64,000 bases of DNA from Haliotis rubra (taxonomy: Eukaryota): the NCBI RefSeq assembly GCF_003918875.1, contig NW_025765024.1, forward strand, positions 1-64,000. Direction: 5' to 3'. The notes below the pieces were generated by a model. It did not search any database and was not told the DNA's origin. It worked only from the letters and a program-made list of their open reading frames with translations. Position 1 is the stretch's first letter, and each line of letters begins with the position of its first letter. A program made the position numbers and the translations under genes. Positions 1 to 14,520 of the stretch are shown in pieces.

Positions 1-160
1 GTAGCCATATTGCTCTAACGAACTAACTTAACCTATCCAAATCCAAATTTCCAATAACTTGCTCCAATCTAATCTAACTTCGTAACCTGTAATCCAAGCC
101 TACTAACCTACTCTAAATTTAACTTAATCAACCAACTGACCAAACTAAGCTTCCATTACT
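1..160. repeat. Degenerate (CTAAC/CCAAT)n-like low-complexity tract
   Basis: Repeated ctaac/aacta/tccaa words, very G-poor. Confidence 0.5.
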
Positions 161-164
161 AACT

Positions 165-315
165 CAATTGACTGAGTTTCTGGCTTACACTGTTTTTAAA
201 GCAATATTCCAGGCCATCACAGCGGGATACCAGTCACATTGTGTGCCCCATGTGGGGATTCCAAACCACCTGGTCTATGAGGAGCCTAACGCTTTCAACC
301 ATTAGGCTACCCTAT
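165..315 (-). mobile_element. tRNA-derived SINE family A, degenerate copy
   Basis: gcaatattcc..cacattgtgtgccccatgtggggatt..aaccattaggctacc matches the clean copies at 57977 and 62623. Confidence 0.7.
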
Positions 316-1269
316 CAACGGTACCATAACCTTTACCTTCTAACCAGCCATCGAACCAAACCAATCCTAATCCAAACCCACGGGCCATGAAAGCAGATTC
401 ACTCCTAACCAAAATGCACCGGCTTAAACCATTTAATGAAGTTCAGCTTAAATTAATAAACCACAAAGCAAACCTCACCTTTTAAATTGTCAATTTCCAG
501 GTTTCACTTCTAAGTTTATTCTTGAGGTGGACTTTCAGGTTATAATAGGTTGCTGATTGCTTGTCGCAGGACAATCGTCCCTGTGTTTCTTTGTAAGCAT
601 GATATAAATTCCATCACATTAATTTGACTTTTCCAGACAATGTAGTGAGTAGTGGGTTGGTCACTGACATGTACCACTAGCATGTGTGTACTTCTTTGAC
701 TTTTGGGACGGGTCAAGCAAGAAGGGCGAATATGACTTCAGGAGGAATGCAATCCTAACATCATAATTGATCGGTTTGAGGACGTCGGTAATTGATTGGA
801 AGAAACGCGTAAGTAACAATAGAAAGTCATATTGAATAAATTATTAAATGAAACGTTTCGTGTAAAAAAGAATCGCCACTACTAACTGTGTCCCAATTAA
901 GACCGTGGTTTGTGGGTGCATGAGGAAACAGACAAACCGATCTGTTTGTTTCCGGAACTCATTTAGCCGTTCGGTGGACTTTGTATATACATCAGACAAT
1001 TGGTGAGTGTGTGCCTTTGAAATTTCCCAGCCGTTCGAAATTTTGTACAAATGAGGTTTCTTCCAGCAACCCGTGCTGGTGTTAAGAGATATTACAGCAT
1101 GTAACTCAATAGATTGGGCGGTGTTACGGGATGATACCCAATCAAGTGAACTACACAACAAATTGTCGTTCTGTTGACACCAATAGCTGAATTGATCTCC
1201 AGCGCAACTCAAGTTTGTCGGGTGCGACTATCTTGATGAGGTATTATCAGGCTTAGCTGATTACTACAC

Positions 1270-1400
1270 GTATCCCCAATGTGTGGATCGAAGCCTCGCT
1301 AATGATCACTGGATTGTCTGTTCCAGACTCGATTACTCATTCAAGCACAATATAGCTGGAAATAAGCCGCTGAATGCGACGTGCAAATAAACTCACCTAC
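1270..1400 (+). mobile_element. Headless SINE family B, 3' fragment
   Basis: gatcactggattgtctgttccagactcgatta..tatagctggaaat matches family B; a second fragment lies at ~1845-1960. Confidence 0.65.
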
Positions 1401-4029
1401 GTGATGACAAGCACGGTTCTAGTGTTATCATACAAATTCTGATCTTAGATTTTCGAAGCTTCTGCCGCAAGATAGTCGTAACTTCCGCGAAGTTGAATCC
1501 TGCCCCTGTCTTCAGCTTTGCCTTTCAAATGACCGTAAACTTAATATATCTTAGCAATGATCAAAGATATAGGTATATATATCTGTCGTAACTAAGGTTG
1601 CGCGCACTTATAGTTAAATCTTTTGCTACCTTATCTCGCTGAAATCGTCTTTATGGATCGCTCCAAGATTATTACCCGTTTTAGACATAATCCTGCTGAC
1701 CTGTCTTCTAGCCGCGCATACTCCGCGGGCGTCTGCTGAATCGAGCTCTTTAGTAACCCACACGCTTGCCTTTAGAGGCGAAAGCACCAATCGGGTGGTC
1801 AAAAATGCTTCCACTGGTTGATTACGCACGACCGAATTGCGCTGCGTAGATCGATGCTCTTCGCGCTGTTTTATCACTAGATCGTGTGGTCCAGACTCGA
1901 TTATTTATATACTGCTGGCGCATACCTGGAACACGGCCATGCGTGGCGTAAAATTAAAACCGGCCCATCCCAAGTTATAAGAACTTCAAAAATCTAGAAA
2001 TTCGCGTCCTTAGGCCGCGATCTCTCATTAAAGCAGGCGAAGAGAAACGGGGTAATAAGCCATACAGCAGCAAATACAATACGAGGAAAGTCGGCGTTAA
2101 AGTTGATATAGTGCCAAACAGCGGAAATTACTTCCACTCGGTAGTGCTGCGCCACAGAAAGATTTCCAGGGTTAATAAACATCGATGCAGCGGCGTCTGA
2201 ATCGGGCGTCATCTTGGAATATTCTTGATATTCTCCAGCTGTACGGGAATAGTGTGATCGTTATATTCAGCATCTGTGTTCGGTTACCCCAGAGCAATGC
2301 ATGATTTTCGTCAGTTTCGAAGTCCATGTGTATCCTACACATGAAATACCGGCCAAGCCCACGAAAATGCACCACGGTGGGCTGTTATGAGAAAGTTTCA
2401 ACAACACGCTACGGGACATTACGGTTCTGGTCCTATGGATTTCTGCGGTATAGAAAGGTAAAATAGTATGTGACAAAATTTAAATAATTAGGCGCCCCTT
2501 TGCCTTCAGTATAGAGACTCAGCCGAATCGTTCGACGGCTATTATTGGTTATTATTATTTATTATTCCAGCCGATTTTCTGTACTAAAACATAACTCCTA
2601 AACCAACGCCCCAACCACTTACAAAAATCATACAGATACGTACTGAGGTGTAGATGTTCCCCTTGAAAATCTCCTCTAGGCCCTGGGCCCAATAGTAGGG
2701 AGGTGGCGATAATTCAAAATTAATTCTAAAACATTTCAACGTTTGATGTTAAATATCTCAAGAATTGAATTATCTGGACACATCCGTAAAATTCTTTGGC
2801 AATGATGCACAATCGAATACTACTCCAAACAATTTGGCTCTAATGGGCTCAAGTCAAGCTAAAACGTACCGTTCATCAGTTAAAGGTGTTTTCAGTTTTT
2901 CTCTGAGAATTTTGCACCCAAAATGCTCGAATTCCAGCTCCAAAAGAGTCGTGTATGGTAGATGATGCTCTTGGTGATTCCGAAACACTAATTGTTTTGA
3001 ACGTAGACCTGTTAATGTCCAGCATACATTTCTTTAAAAGAGGGAACTATTTCCTTTCCTCAGGAAATCCACGGCGGTACATCAGCCCTGCGACTCGGCT
3101 GTATTTGAAAGATCCGGCTCATCTGTCAAAACGTGTTCTGGCTCTGTTTCATCAGGATGATATCTTAGCCCCCAGGATACGCCAGATAGAAAGTAAAGCC
3201 AAGGAGACCTCTAATGCTGTCTGTAACTCCATTTGGTATTATTTCTAGAAGCAATGCCAATTGGTAAGAACCGGATCAAAAATGTACAGAATAATTCTAC
3301 GGAACCCTGGAGAAAAAGAAGTCAGCGTATAATGCTATGGCTGTTCGCCTTTATAAAGTGAAATGCTGTGTATCCGTATTACCCAATCGCAAAAATATTC
3401 TGATATTCAAAAGGCCTGATCCTTCTTTGTTATAAAACGACTCTATACTAGTAGACAACTGGCTTGTGAAACTAGATATATGTGCAGATTAATTGACCCA
3501 CAATTAATGACAAAACGAGATTTCCTGACCTTGGTGTCATGATTTGTAAATTTCCGATATACATGTACAGGCGGTGAAGAGACGGGCGTATAATTTTTTA
3601 CGAAATGAAGTGAACAGTGCCATTTGATATTGTGCCATTTTTAATGTGCAAAAAATATAATACCATGATTTGTGGTCGTTTCCTTTAATCACAGTTTGAA
3701 CTGTTGCCAGGCAATAATTGAAATCTGTACAGGATTTGACACTAGGATCGAGAGACACACGCCCTCGAAGAGATGTAGTGTTAAGTGTCAGTTCACGAAT
3801 CTTAATATTATGTGTGTTGGCGTTAATCTCAGACTGACAAATGACGACGCATAAAATGGACACTTAAGCTGATTGTAGAAAGCTTTAGGGAATGTTGTCC
3901 CACCGTCTGAACCAACTCCCCATCCCAATCCAGCCAACAACGTCAATGGTTGATTCTGGGCTTTGATGTAAATCGTCACTCCATTTCTGGCACCCCCAAT
4001 CGCGCTCTCGATAGGGAGAGGTCCGAGGA

Positions 4030-6838
4030 AAAGCTGGCGAGTGGTCTACTTTGGGAACATTAATTCGGATAACCAGGTACGGGTACAGCACCACCACAGA
4101 CAGGTTCACGTGGAGCTGGTGGTCTACCTTGGGGAAAAAGACACGGACAACCAGGTACAGTACCACCACAGACAGGTCCACGTGAAGTTTTGGTGGTCTT
4201 ACCTGTGGGGAACACACAGACAACTTAGATACAGCACCACTGACAGACAGCGTCCGTCCACGTGAGCTGTTAGTCTACCTTGGGGAACACACTGACAACC
4301 AGGTAGAGCAGCACAACCACATACAGGTCCACATGGAGCTGGTGGTCTAACTTGGGGAACACACTGACAACCTGATACAGCACCACTATAGATGCAGGTC
4401 CACGGGAACGAGCTGGTGGTCTACCTTGGGGAAACAACACACAGACAACCAGGTACAGCACCACCACAGATAGGCCATCCACGGGAGCTGGTAGTCTACC
4501 TTGAGGACCACACTGACAACCAGGTACAGCATCCACCACAGACAGGTGGTCCACGTGGAGCTGGTGGTCTACCTTTGGGAACACACTTCCACAACCAGGT
4601 AGAGCACAAACCGAAATCCGCAGTACCGCGTTCATCCATCCAGGTACAGCACTACTCATAGATAGGTCCGTTGAGCTGGTGGTCTACCTGGTGAACACAT
4701 CCAGCCGTTCGCCAGAGCAACGACGTCCGCGTATATTGTCCAGCCAAGTCTTCGCCGTCTCGGTAACGCCCAAACGACCAGGTACAGCACTACCACAGGC
4801 AGGTCGGCGGAGCCATATTGTTTCTGGCGGCCCAAATACGTCCACGAGAAACCGGTACGAGTTCTGCAGCCCATCTCATAACCACTTCAACTGCGTCGCA
4901 CCAATCCTTTTATTTCAGTACCCCAACCGACAAACCAGGTAGAGCACAACTAATATGTCCACGTGGAGCTGGTGGTCTACCTTTGGTAAACACATTCGAT
5001 AAATCCAGGTACAGTAATTCACCATAGACAGGTCCGCGTGGATTGCGGATCTACCTTGGTGAACATCATTAATTTGATAACCAGGTACAGCACCACCAGA
5101 CAGATAGGTCCACGTGGGAGCTGGTAGTCTACCTTGAGGAACACGACCGGCAACCAGGTACCGCACCACTCACATACGGCGTCCATGGGAGTTTGGTGGG
5201 TCTACCCTGGTGAACACACTACACAACCAGGTAATAAAACGTTCACAGACAGGAAGTTCGACATGGAGCTGGTGGTCTACCTTTGGGGAACACATTATAC
5301 AACCAGGTATACAGCACCACTGACAGATAGGTCCACGTGGAGCCGGTGGTTCACTCGGGAGCAATACCACTGACAAACGTGTCCAGCACAACCACAAACA
5401 AGTCCACGTGGAGCTGGCGGTTCTACCTTGGGGAGCAATAGTTATACAACCAGGTAAAAGCAATTCACCACAGAGATTGCATCCACGTGGAGCTGCGGTG
5501 TATTGGTCTTCACCTTTGGTGAATGACACAGATAATCCAGGTGCCAGCACCACCAAGGAACAGGTCCACGTAGGTGGTATCTGATGGTCCACTTTGGGCA
5601 ACACACAAACAACCAGGACTGCAAGTACCATCACAGACAGGTCCAATTTTGGGGCTTGGTGGTCGTTTGAGGAACACACTGACAATCCAGGGTACAGCAC
5701 CACCAAGGTGATTGGTGGTCCATATACGTGTAGCTGGTGGTCTACCCTTTTGGTAAACAATATTGTGACAAATCCAGGATCAGTACCATCACAGACAAGT
5801 CCACGTCGGAGCTGGTGGTCTACCTTGGGGAGCACTACAGACAATTCAGGTACAGCACCACCGCAGAGACAGGTCCACGAAGATGGCATTCTATCTTTGG
5901 GGAACACTGGCGTATTATTACAATCAGGTATACCGTTTACAGATACAGGTCCACGTGGAGGTGGTAGTCTACCTTGGGGAACACACACTACACACCAGGT
6001 ACAGCATCTGCCTACAGACAGGTCCACGTGGAGCTTCGGTGGTCTACCTTCCGGGGATGCCATTAAGGCAAATCCAGGTGGCGCATCACCGTTGTATTGT
6101 GGTCCTGGCGTGTAGCTCGTAGTCTACGATCCCCACACACAGAACTTCAGGATCAGCATCACCACAGACAGGTCCACGTGGAGTTGGGCTGGTACTTCAC
6201 CCTCGTTACCGTTAACCAGGGTACAGCAACATCGACAGGTCCAGTCCGTGGAGCTGGTGGTCTACCTTTGTGAAACACACATACGGTTCCAGGTACAGCA
6301 TCACCACAGATACAGGTCCACGTGGAAAGCTGGTGGCCCACCTTGGGGAACACACATACAATTCGTAAGGGCAACATCACCATATTACAGGTCCACGTGG
6401 AGCTTGGTGGTCTCACTTTGGGGAGTACGACGGACAACCAGGTACATTATTAGTGTCCACAGTGTAATAACGGTGTTTGCATACCTCTTTGGGGAACACA
6501 CAGACAATCAGGTTTCCGGTTGTGCACCACCACAGAGATGTAATCCACGTGGAGCTGGCAAGTCTACCTTGGTGTTCATTACACACACCCAGGTACAGCA
6601 TCACCAGTGACATGTTCACGTGGAGCTCTTCAGGATCTACCTTGGTGAACACATTTCAGGACAAACTGGTAAGGGCTGAAAGCACCCCGTTGCAGACAGG
6701 TCCACGTGGAGCTGGTGGCCCTACCTTGGGCAACATACCGACAACCAGGTACAGCATCACCAATGGTGGACAGGCTCCATGGAGTTTGGTGGTGTACTCA
6801 GTTTCAGTACATACAGGTCCATGGAGCTGGTGGTCTTT
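4030..6838. repeat. 69-bp minisatellite, about 40 units
   Basis: Consensus aaccaggtacagcaccaccacagacaggtccacgtggagctggtggtctaccttggggaacacactgac; unit starts at about 4297, 4369, 4447, 4518; more degenerate at 4700-4930. Confidence 0.95.
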
Positions 6839-7609
6839 GAAGAAGTGGGTTTTCGACTTGTTTTGAATATTCTCTTGATTGATGTTGCAGATTTTACTTC
6901 ACGTCAATGAAAATGATCTTTTGCCAACTTTGTTTTGTTTCTTTGGTAAAACCATTCTTTGATCGCGAGCAGACCTCAGGAGCATGTTAGAACGAGGATC
7001 AGAACTGGGATCCCAGTTTGACCGGAAGCCAATGCAAGTAAACTGTTTCAATACAGTGGAGTGATATGGTCGAAACTTCTGTCTTCATGATGACTCTGCA
7101 GAGCATGTTCTGCAACGTTGAAATAATTAACGGTGCCGTTCTTTACCGCAGCTGCACGTGCCTTACTTCAGTTGATGTTTCGCAAGATGCTAACTCTGAT
7201 TCTAGATATGGTGATAGTAGATAGAGTCTTGCTGATGGAAACACCGTAAGATTCCTCAACGTCGTCACGCCAGTACCCAACCTGTTCAATGGCACCGCAG
7301 AATGTTCCGCAACTGGATGTTTAGTTCTAAATCATAAATTCAGTTCCTACTCAAGACCAACCTACTCTGGATATGGTAGTGATTGGTTTGGACGCCACAC
7401 GTTGTTGTTTCAACCGCGTGAGGTCTCTGTTTAGGCCATATTGTCGCACAATGATACTTCAATACTAATCGATAGGATGGTGATATGGAAAGAGTACTGG
7501 TCCAAGCACTGGATCCTCGCGGGAAAATTGCAAACAAGCTCATGACTGGGATGTTTCAATTCGTCGACCTGCGCACACCTATATCCGCAGCATCCTGTTA
7601 TCCGGTTAC

Positions 7610-7765
7610 GTAGGCGCTAGTGTAGCCTATGGTTAAAGCGGCTCGTCACGTTGAAGTATCCGGTCTGAATCCTAAATATTGGTACAATGTGCGAAGCTTC
7701 CATTTCAAAACCTCTGTCGTGATACGTTGGAATATCGCTAAAAGCGGCGTAAAACCAACTCAGTC
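7610..7765 (+). mobile_element. tRNA-derived SINE family A
   Basis: gtagcctatggttaaagcg..ggtacaatgtgcgaagc..ctaaaagcggcgtaaaaccaactcagtca. Confidence 0.8.
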
Positions 7766-8334
7766 AAACGCCAGTAGTTATCCATAAGCGCGTGTACTAG
7801 CCTTCGACATCAGAAATGGGCGCGTCCGCACGAAAGCGACGACAAGTCGAGTAGTAGGCTAGGAGAACCGGTTCTACCTTTGGGAATCACGCCATACGCA
7901 AGCGTCCTGGTAACTGTGCATGGAACAAGAAAGTAAAATACCGTGGCGACGAAGACGTGGCGTCGTGGAAATGTATTGCCATGAATATGTAAATAAATAT
8001 ATTAATCAGATCAGGCGTCTCATTTTTAGAATGTCATTCAATCTATGCGCGGGACATGGTGGATTTGGGGAGTTCTCTGCCTTTATTATAATGTTTGATT
8101 GTCGATGTTGTTTTCGTATTTGTCTCGACCTTCCTTCACACTACTTCTGGCACCGAGTGGGTTGTAGCGGTTTAGCTGAGTGGGATTGAGTGAAGTTGAT
8201 TGTACGCCGCTTTAGCAATATCTCTGCTAATGGGTACTAGGAATTATACTTAAAATTTACGCGCGAGCAAACATCGAACGGTTAAGCATATACTCGCTTC
8301 CTCTGTCAGTTCCTTGACCTCTATAGTTGATTAA

Positions 8335-11300
8335 TAATAAATTTTATTTGTACTGCTGAGAAGGTTACAGGCCTATAAAAAGCGTCACATTTGAGAGGAA
8401 TTTAGATCAAGCAATTGGCAGCATAGGAAATGAACATTGAAACATTCTTTGTAGGAAAGAACTGGATTTTACTACTTAACAATGAGGTAGAATTTTATCA
8501 CATTTGATGGACATAGTAGTATCTTTAATATATTTTGTTCGCAAATCAATAAGTAAAATGGACATATTGAGAAAATGTAATTCATCTTCTATTTCGTTAA
8601 AATTACAAAGTGTACATATTCCCATTTTCTTTTGTCTATATCTGTCTTTCAATCAACAAATCATGAGAAGAGGACGAATCGCCAGTGCTATTCAAACTTT
8701 TTGGGCTCATTAAATACAGGATAGATATGACTCAAGAACTGCTTGCATTTTAAACAATGACAATACATGTATCTCTATTTGATAAGGATATCCTTTCACC
8801 CATGTTTAAATTCTGGCATATCTTTTAATCTTGTCGTTAAGGATTGTATGAATAACGTAGGATCTGACATATTGTGTCCACTCCAAAACCAATAGATCTG
8901 ATTTTGACATTAGATTTAATAACTTCTTAATGCTTGTAAGAATGTGCATTGCCCTACCGTATTCTTCCAATTATAAATCACTGCGTTAAATAGTGTTAAT
9001 TTTTAACCTCGAGGAACTTCTTTTGCATGCGTATAAATGGATTTTTCAATTTCGTCAAATTTTGTTATTCCCAAATTCGGCCCCATATGATAAAAATTGG
9101 ACTGACCCTTGGCATCAAATATTTTAAAGAATGGAGAGTAGTTAATGTTCTGCTACACTCAACCTCTGTTTCAATTCCACTAATGCTTTTTTATCCCTGT
9201 AACGCTGCATATTCTTTTACATGCTCCCGTCCTGATGACAGGCCACTGCGAAATATAGTCCCAAATATTTATAAAGTTTCAATACACTCCAGCTGCATAC
9301 CTTTATATAACCAGTTTTCCCCTTTTTGACACCTAGTTCCATTTTGAATACAACAATTTTCGTTTTTTCTCTATTTACAGCACTTCCATTTATCGCAGTA
9401 ATTTTGGCAAAGTTCATTAATTTTAATTCCTGTGTTGCTCCGCTTGAGAACAAAACAATGTCATCTACGCAACAGCAATAGGAAAATATAAACTATATCA
9501 GGTGTTGAACTGCATAATTATTCCAATTTGTCGCTAACTCCATTTGCAAAAGGAAAATAGAAATGGGCTTAGCAGCTACAGCCTTGTCTCACACCAAGTT
9601 GCAAAGTCGAATGTTTCTGAATAATTATGATTACTTTTAATGCATCTGATTTTCATACATATTGCATAAAGTTTACCATTTCCATCACTGAGACTGTGGT
9701 ATTAAATAGAAACCAAGTTTTTTTCAGTTGTATTGAATCGAAAGTTTTCAAAAAATCTACAACACGCAGTAGAATTTCCCTTTAGAGTTTAAATAATGTC
9801 TTTGAATAATACTCGCAGTATAAACATATTATCTACTGTCGTATATCCCTGTCTGAAGCTTTCAGCTTCAGGCTTCGCTGATCTTATCCATTGAGTCTCC
9901 CCTGCCTCATTTATTATAAAGGTGGAAAGTTTTACTAAATATGCTCAGAAAAGGTTCTGTGAATTATTTTGGATTATTTATATTACCTTGTTTATGGATA
10001 GGAACCATTATGCCAATTGCTCCAACATCTGGGGAACGTACCAGTTTCTACGTCAAATTAAAAAGGCCAAGGCCGACGATAAGATCCGCTGAGCATTTAA
10101 AAATTCAGATATCGTTTTAGGACACCCTGGCGTGATGGCTGTACTTCCAATTGGTTAATGCTATCTAAGATTTCACCTCTAGTAATTGGGAAATCAAGTT
10201 ACCGTAAGCTCTGGAATTCGATTCATGGGTTTTTCATTCTCGAATACGCACCTCCATTATAAAGATTCAAATGGTGTCCGAAAGTGTTCTAGCCAGTCGT
10301 TCATTCGATGTTGTTTTGGGCTCTTCATGTCTAGCATTCAGGTGTTTGAGTTCATACCAAAATTGTTTCTAGAATCAGATATAATTGTTTTCTATTACTC
10401 TTTGCTTCTTTATAATACTAGCGTTTTTCCTAAATTGTTATATTTGGCTTCTTTTAGCGCAATATTAGATCGGCGATTCTTTATCTTCGATTTCCTAAAC
10501 CATTCATGAGCTCACATCGGACAGATTTTAATCTTCACATTCAGGATGAACCATATTTATTAGCGTTGTTGTGGGAGGGCTAACTGGCTTCACATGTTAT
10601 GGCCAGACAGAGTGCCCCTTTCGGTCATATAGTTTATAATTATCATCAATATTACAGTCAATCGATTTCCATTCAGTACTTTTGTACGTTATCTGATGTA
10701 AAATATTTTCTCTAAAACTGCCCTAATTTATCGTTATCCCAAATGAACTTAAACGGACTAGTCTTGCCATTTGGTGAAATGTTGGATTGCCTGCTTGTTT
10801 CGTTTTTAGTTTTAATGTAGTGGAAGATGATCAGATCTGTTCTCGTTTGTATGCTAAAATCTAGAATATAGTCAAACATTGTTGATGGAAGAAATACAGT
10901 CAATAAACACTGGTGCCAGAAGCTGGACCAAGAAGCAAAGTCCCAACATCTAAAGTCACTTCCACATCGCACATTTAGTATATGGTAACGTTTAAAACAG
11001 ACATAAGAAATGTTTTACCAAAGTTGCTTAACGACCTCTATGGAGAAAGGCTTCAAGTAAAATAATCTATGCGAAAATCCCAGTAGGAATGATTTCTACT
11101 TTCTGTATATTCAAATAAGTCATCTTCAAATAAAATTTGCTTTCGTTCCGGTTCGAGCATTTAAATTCCGCCACACAAGATATAACAAATAACTGGTAGA
11201 GATGATAATTTCAATATAGGAGTCCTGTAAATATACTAATACCATTTTTACCCCTATGTCCGGACTCCTGGTAGGGTTATTCTAGCCAAGATGATAGGAA

Positions 11301-11400
11301 GTATAATTTTGTAGTGCTGGTCTATGAAATTGTTGATCCCAAAATCTTTCTGAAATGAGACATTTGCAGAATTTATATTCCAAATTTCACCTGCTATTTT
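8335..11400 (-). mobile_element. Decayed non-LTR retrotransposon ORF2 (APE endonuclease + RT, CR1/L2-group-like)
   Basis: Minus-strand remnants: GDF-like APE motif (~10960), VDF.K.FDS (~9750), GVRQGC (~9585), LLL..DDIVL (~9465), LCNFNEIEDELHF (~8590), 3' tail with aataaa near 8345; many frameshifts. Confidence 0.85.
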
Positions 11401-11814
11401 GCTTTAATAACACGTACGGGTATATGGGTTGGAGCAGGTTTCAGTGATAAGACGTGCAGAGTACGTCTACAGTTGCTAGATAATTTGTGAAACTCATGAA
11501 CACTCTAAGAGGAAATAAATGATTCATCGGGTCAGCTGTAACATGATCTGGCAAATACCCCTGGGTCAATAGGGTTTCCAGTTGAAAGAGACATGAAAAC
11601 AAACTACTTTGAAACATCTCAGTAAGCACATCAGATGTTTTAATTTCTGTAATTGTAATGCACTACTTTTGCCTTTTGTCATGAAATATATCCCTTCAGT
11701 TGTTGATGGATAGTACCGTATTTCCTCATGTAAGCGCCTGGCGCATTTTTCAAAATGACTACCAGACTCGAGGGGAATACGGAGGAATACGGTAGATCTG
11801 TTCATACTGAAGAA

Positions 11815-11975
11815 CTGACTGAGTTTATATTTAACGCCGCTTAATATTTCAAATATCACGGCTGGGGACACCTGAATTGGTTTCACACATTGTACCCCTT
11901 TGTGGGGATTCGAACCCGGTCTGCGTGACGAGCCAAACGCTTTTAAACCACTAGGAATACCCGAACACCGCCCAC
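11815..11975 (-). mobile_element. tRNA-derived SINE family A
   Basis: ttcacacattgtacccc..gtggggattcgaacccgg..aaccactagg. Confidence 0.8.
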
Positions 11976-12147
11976 ATAATTGAAGGAGGTCAACCAGCGT
12001 GCCGTGGCACTTGGTCGTATAAACACCCACAAGTTAGACAGATATGGTTTCCATAAATGATATTCGTTGTATTAGCCTATTCATGCATGTTGTAAAGACG
12101 ACTTAATCGACCGAGCAGTCAGATGCCTTATTGATAATATCGTAGTA

Positions 12148-12300
12148 GAGTGAGTGAGTGAGTGGAGGAATGTGATTTACGCCGCTTTCGTAGCAATATT
12201 TCAGCACTATCACTTCACACATTGTACCCATGTGGGAATCGAACCTGGGTCTTCGGCGCGTGACGATAACGTAACCACTAGGCCACCCATAAACGCCCCT
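12148..12300 (-). mobile_element. tRNA-derived SINE family A with (CACT)n tail
   Basis: gagtgagtgagt..ttacgccgcttt..cacacattgtacccatgtgggaatcgaacctgggtcttcggcg. Confidence 0.8.
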
Positions 12301-13059
12301 TTGCATTTGACATCGCATGTCCGTTTTCTGTGTTCTCCTTTCTCCGTACACAAATTGAAACAATATTTCACTTATGTTACTGCCTGGCAGTTTGAGTAGA
12401 CAGTCCTGAAATATTGCCAGGCCGAGCACCTTTAGTGAGGTCAGCAAGACGGTAAAGAGGTGACAAACGCAGAAATTGCCAATCGGTGTTAATCAGGAAT
12501 AACAACCGCCCCGTGAGTTTCCAGGTCGCACTCCAGGGTCGGGCAAGATGTTCCGCTTACTGCTAGAGTGACATGGGGTTTGTGGTTGACTTGCAGTGCC
12601 TCTTCCAGTGGTGATTGTTTTGTCAGATTGTCAATCACCGGTTTTTCAAGGTCATCATCACCATATGCATAAGCGCTGTAATGTTGCTGTAATGCCGCTG
12701 GAGTATTGCTGGAGTGTTGATCTGAGGGGCCTAAGCAACATAGGAGCAACAAATTGAACCCATGCCCATCGGTGTCTGGTTCTACCAGAGACTCATCCTG
12801 CAATAACGGTGGTGCCTCTGATGATTAGACCGTCCATGCTCTCTTATGTCGTAGTGTTATCGCCTACCGCTATAGAGATGTTCAGACAACTTTGACTGTG
12901 ACAAAGTCCAAAGACCATTGCCGCGCTACTTGACCTGTTCGTACAAAATGCCAGTTCTTCAATAGCAACTTGCCATGACATGTACATACATATGGGTTAT
13001 CGCCAAAGTACTTGCCCTGCCCTCTTCGGGTAATCAACTTAAGGTAGGTGAGGCAGTTT

Positions 13060-13408
13060 TGAGGTGAAATTGGGCCTAACGTCGTGCGCTGAGAATATTT
13101 CGCCTCATATGACGACGTGCATGCGTGCGTACGTGTGCTGACTGTTTAACAGCCCAGACTTGAAGCTGGTTTTATAGTGCTAGCCCACGGAGATACCATG
13201 CCGCTGTGGAGGCGCTGAATACCCCACTCCAGACATACATTATACTGACTCCGAGCCGACCAGTCCTTTGTTGAACCCAATAATGCCGAGCGCCAGTGCA
13301 GGGACCAACAAGTACCATATTTTTAACGTCTTTGGCATGACGCAGTCGGGGATCAAACCGCTAATTTCGCCTCTCCGGGCGGACGCCATAACCACTACAC
13401 CACGGGTC
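13060..13408 (-). mobile_element. tRNA-derived SINE family C
   Basis: Colinear with the clean copy at 57298-57634. Confidence 0.85.
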
Positions 13409-14520
13409 CAAGGTATGTCCAATATGTACGCATTATCGCGGTGTGGCGCCTGTTGCAGTTATGATACATCCGAGACTCCATTAAAAATTGAGGAAATAAC
13501 ATATAGAAATTAACAATTGCTTTTAAGATGCTTACGCTCTTTGATGAACATCCTCCTCGTACATATGATTTAATTTTCTTTAAAAATATTACAATACTTT
13601 ATAAATGATACCGCGATCATCCAAGAACGCGCTTTCAGTTTTGACATTTTCGCATGATAATATCCAGCCTTACAAAACCATCTGCGCAGCTAGGTATTCT
13701 CACGGATTTTCACTCTACAACATTAGGTGTAAACATGTTTAGAATCAAAATATTGTTTGCGATGACATGAATGTGAAGGCAAACCAACATGTAGTCAATA
13801 AAGTGTAAATCACCATGCCATAAACCACTACCAACGAAATTCGAGAGGTTGGAATCAGTATGAATATATTGTTTGTGATTATATGTTTATAATTGTATTT
13901 CAAAACTGTATTTACATATGCGGATACGATCGACATAATCTGTCTGTGATAGTAAGTATTTTGGTTAACTTTTTTATCATTGTTTCTCACGTCTCTTTAG
14001 TAATATATACCTACTAAATATATTTATGGTGATGATAAAGATCAATATATGCAGGTGAAATTCACATACTCTGCAATAATACTCCAAGCAATGCCGCAAG
14101 CATTTTACCTGGCAATTCACAAAATTCGAAATCCATGTACATAACCTAATCAGCGGTAATTTGTATACGCATACAAAAGTGCAATACATCTGGCTTGAAA
14201 TTGATATTCAATCATCTAGAGCAATACAAAAACAATAGCAGAACGAGCAAAACACGATATGAAAATGATCTTTATCCGTTGATCCCACCTCCTCGCAGAA
14301 TCGATAAGTACAGGTCGCGGATTCACTATTGCAATATAGGCAGTCATGATCAAGCTGTGATGTATCATGGAATCACTAGATACATCACTGTATGGGAATG
14401 ATGTACCGTCTATAGACCAGCGTGAATAATGTTACCCATAAAGCAGAAGGTTATTATATAACCTTCCTCTACAGCAGGTACTTCCTCGGATGGCGCGTCT
14501 GTATCAGAGCAACCTAGCAG

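Noticed and set aside
550-2460. Possible plus-strand exons (about 637-808, 950-1240, 2030-2457)
   Set aside because: Splice-like boundaries are present but there is no recognisable domain and the sequence is too noisy
2480-3370. Possible non-autonomous Helentron/MITE-like element
   Set aside because: Only a general resemblance ((att)n tract, terminal hairpins); no clear termini or second copy
5170-6063. 297-aa and other long ORFs in the array
   Set aside because: By-product of a stop-poor 69-bp unit; frames switch at indels
4030-6838. CRISPR-like array (palindromic repeat plus variable linker)
   Set aside because: Linkers are short and related to each other, no cas genes are present, the context is eukaryotic and the variation is compatible with read noise
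12430-13020. 104-aa ORF or possible LTR-element leader/gag remnant
   Set aside because: No recognisable motif and no LTR pair
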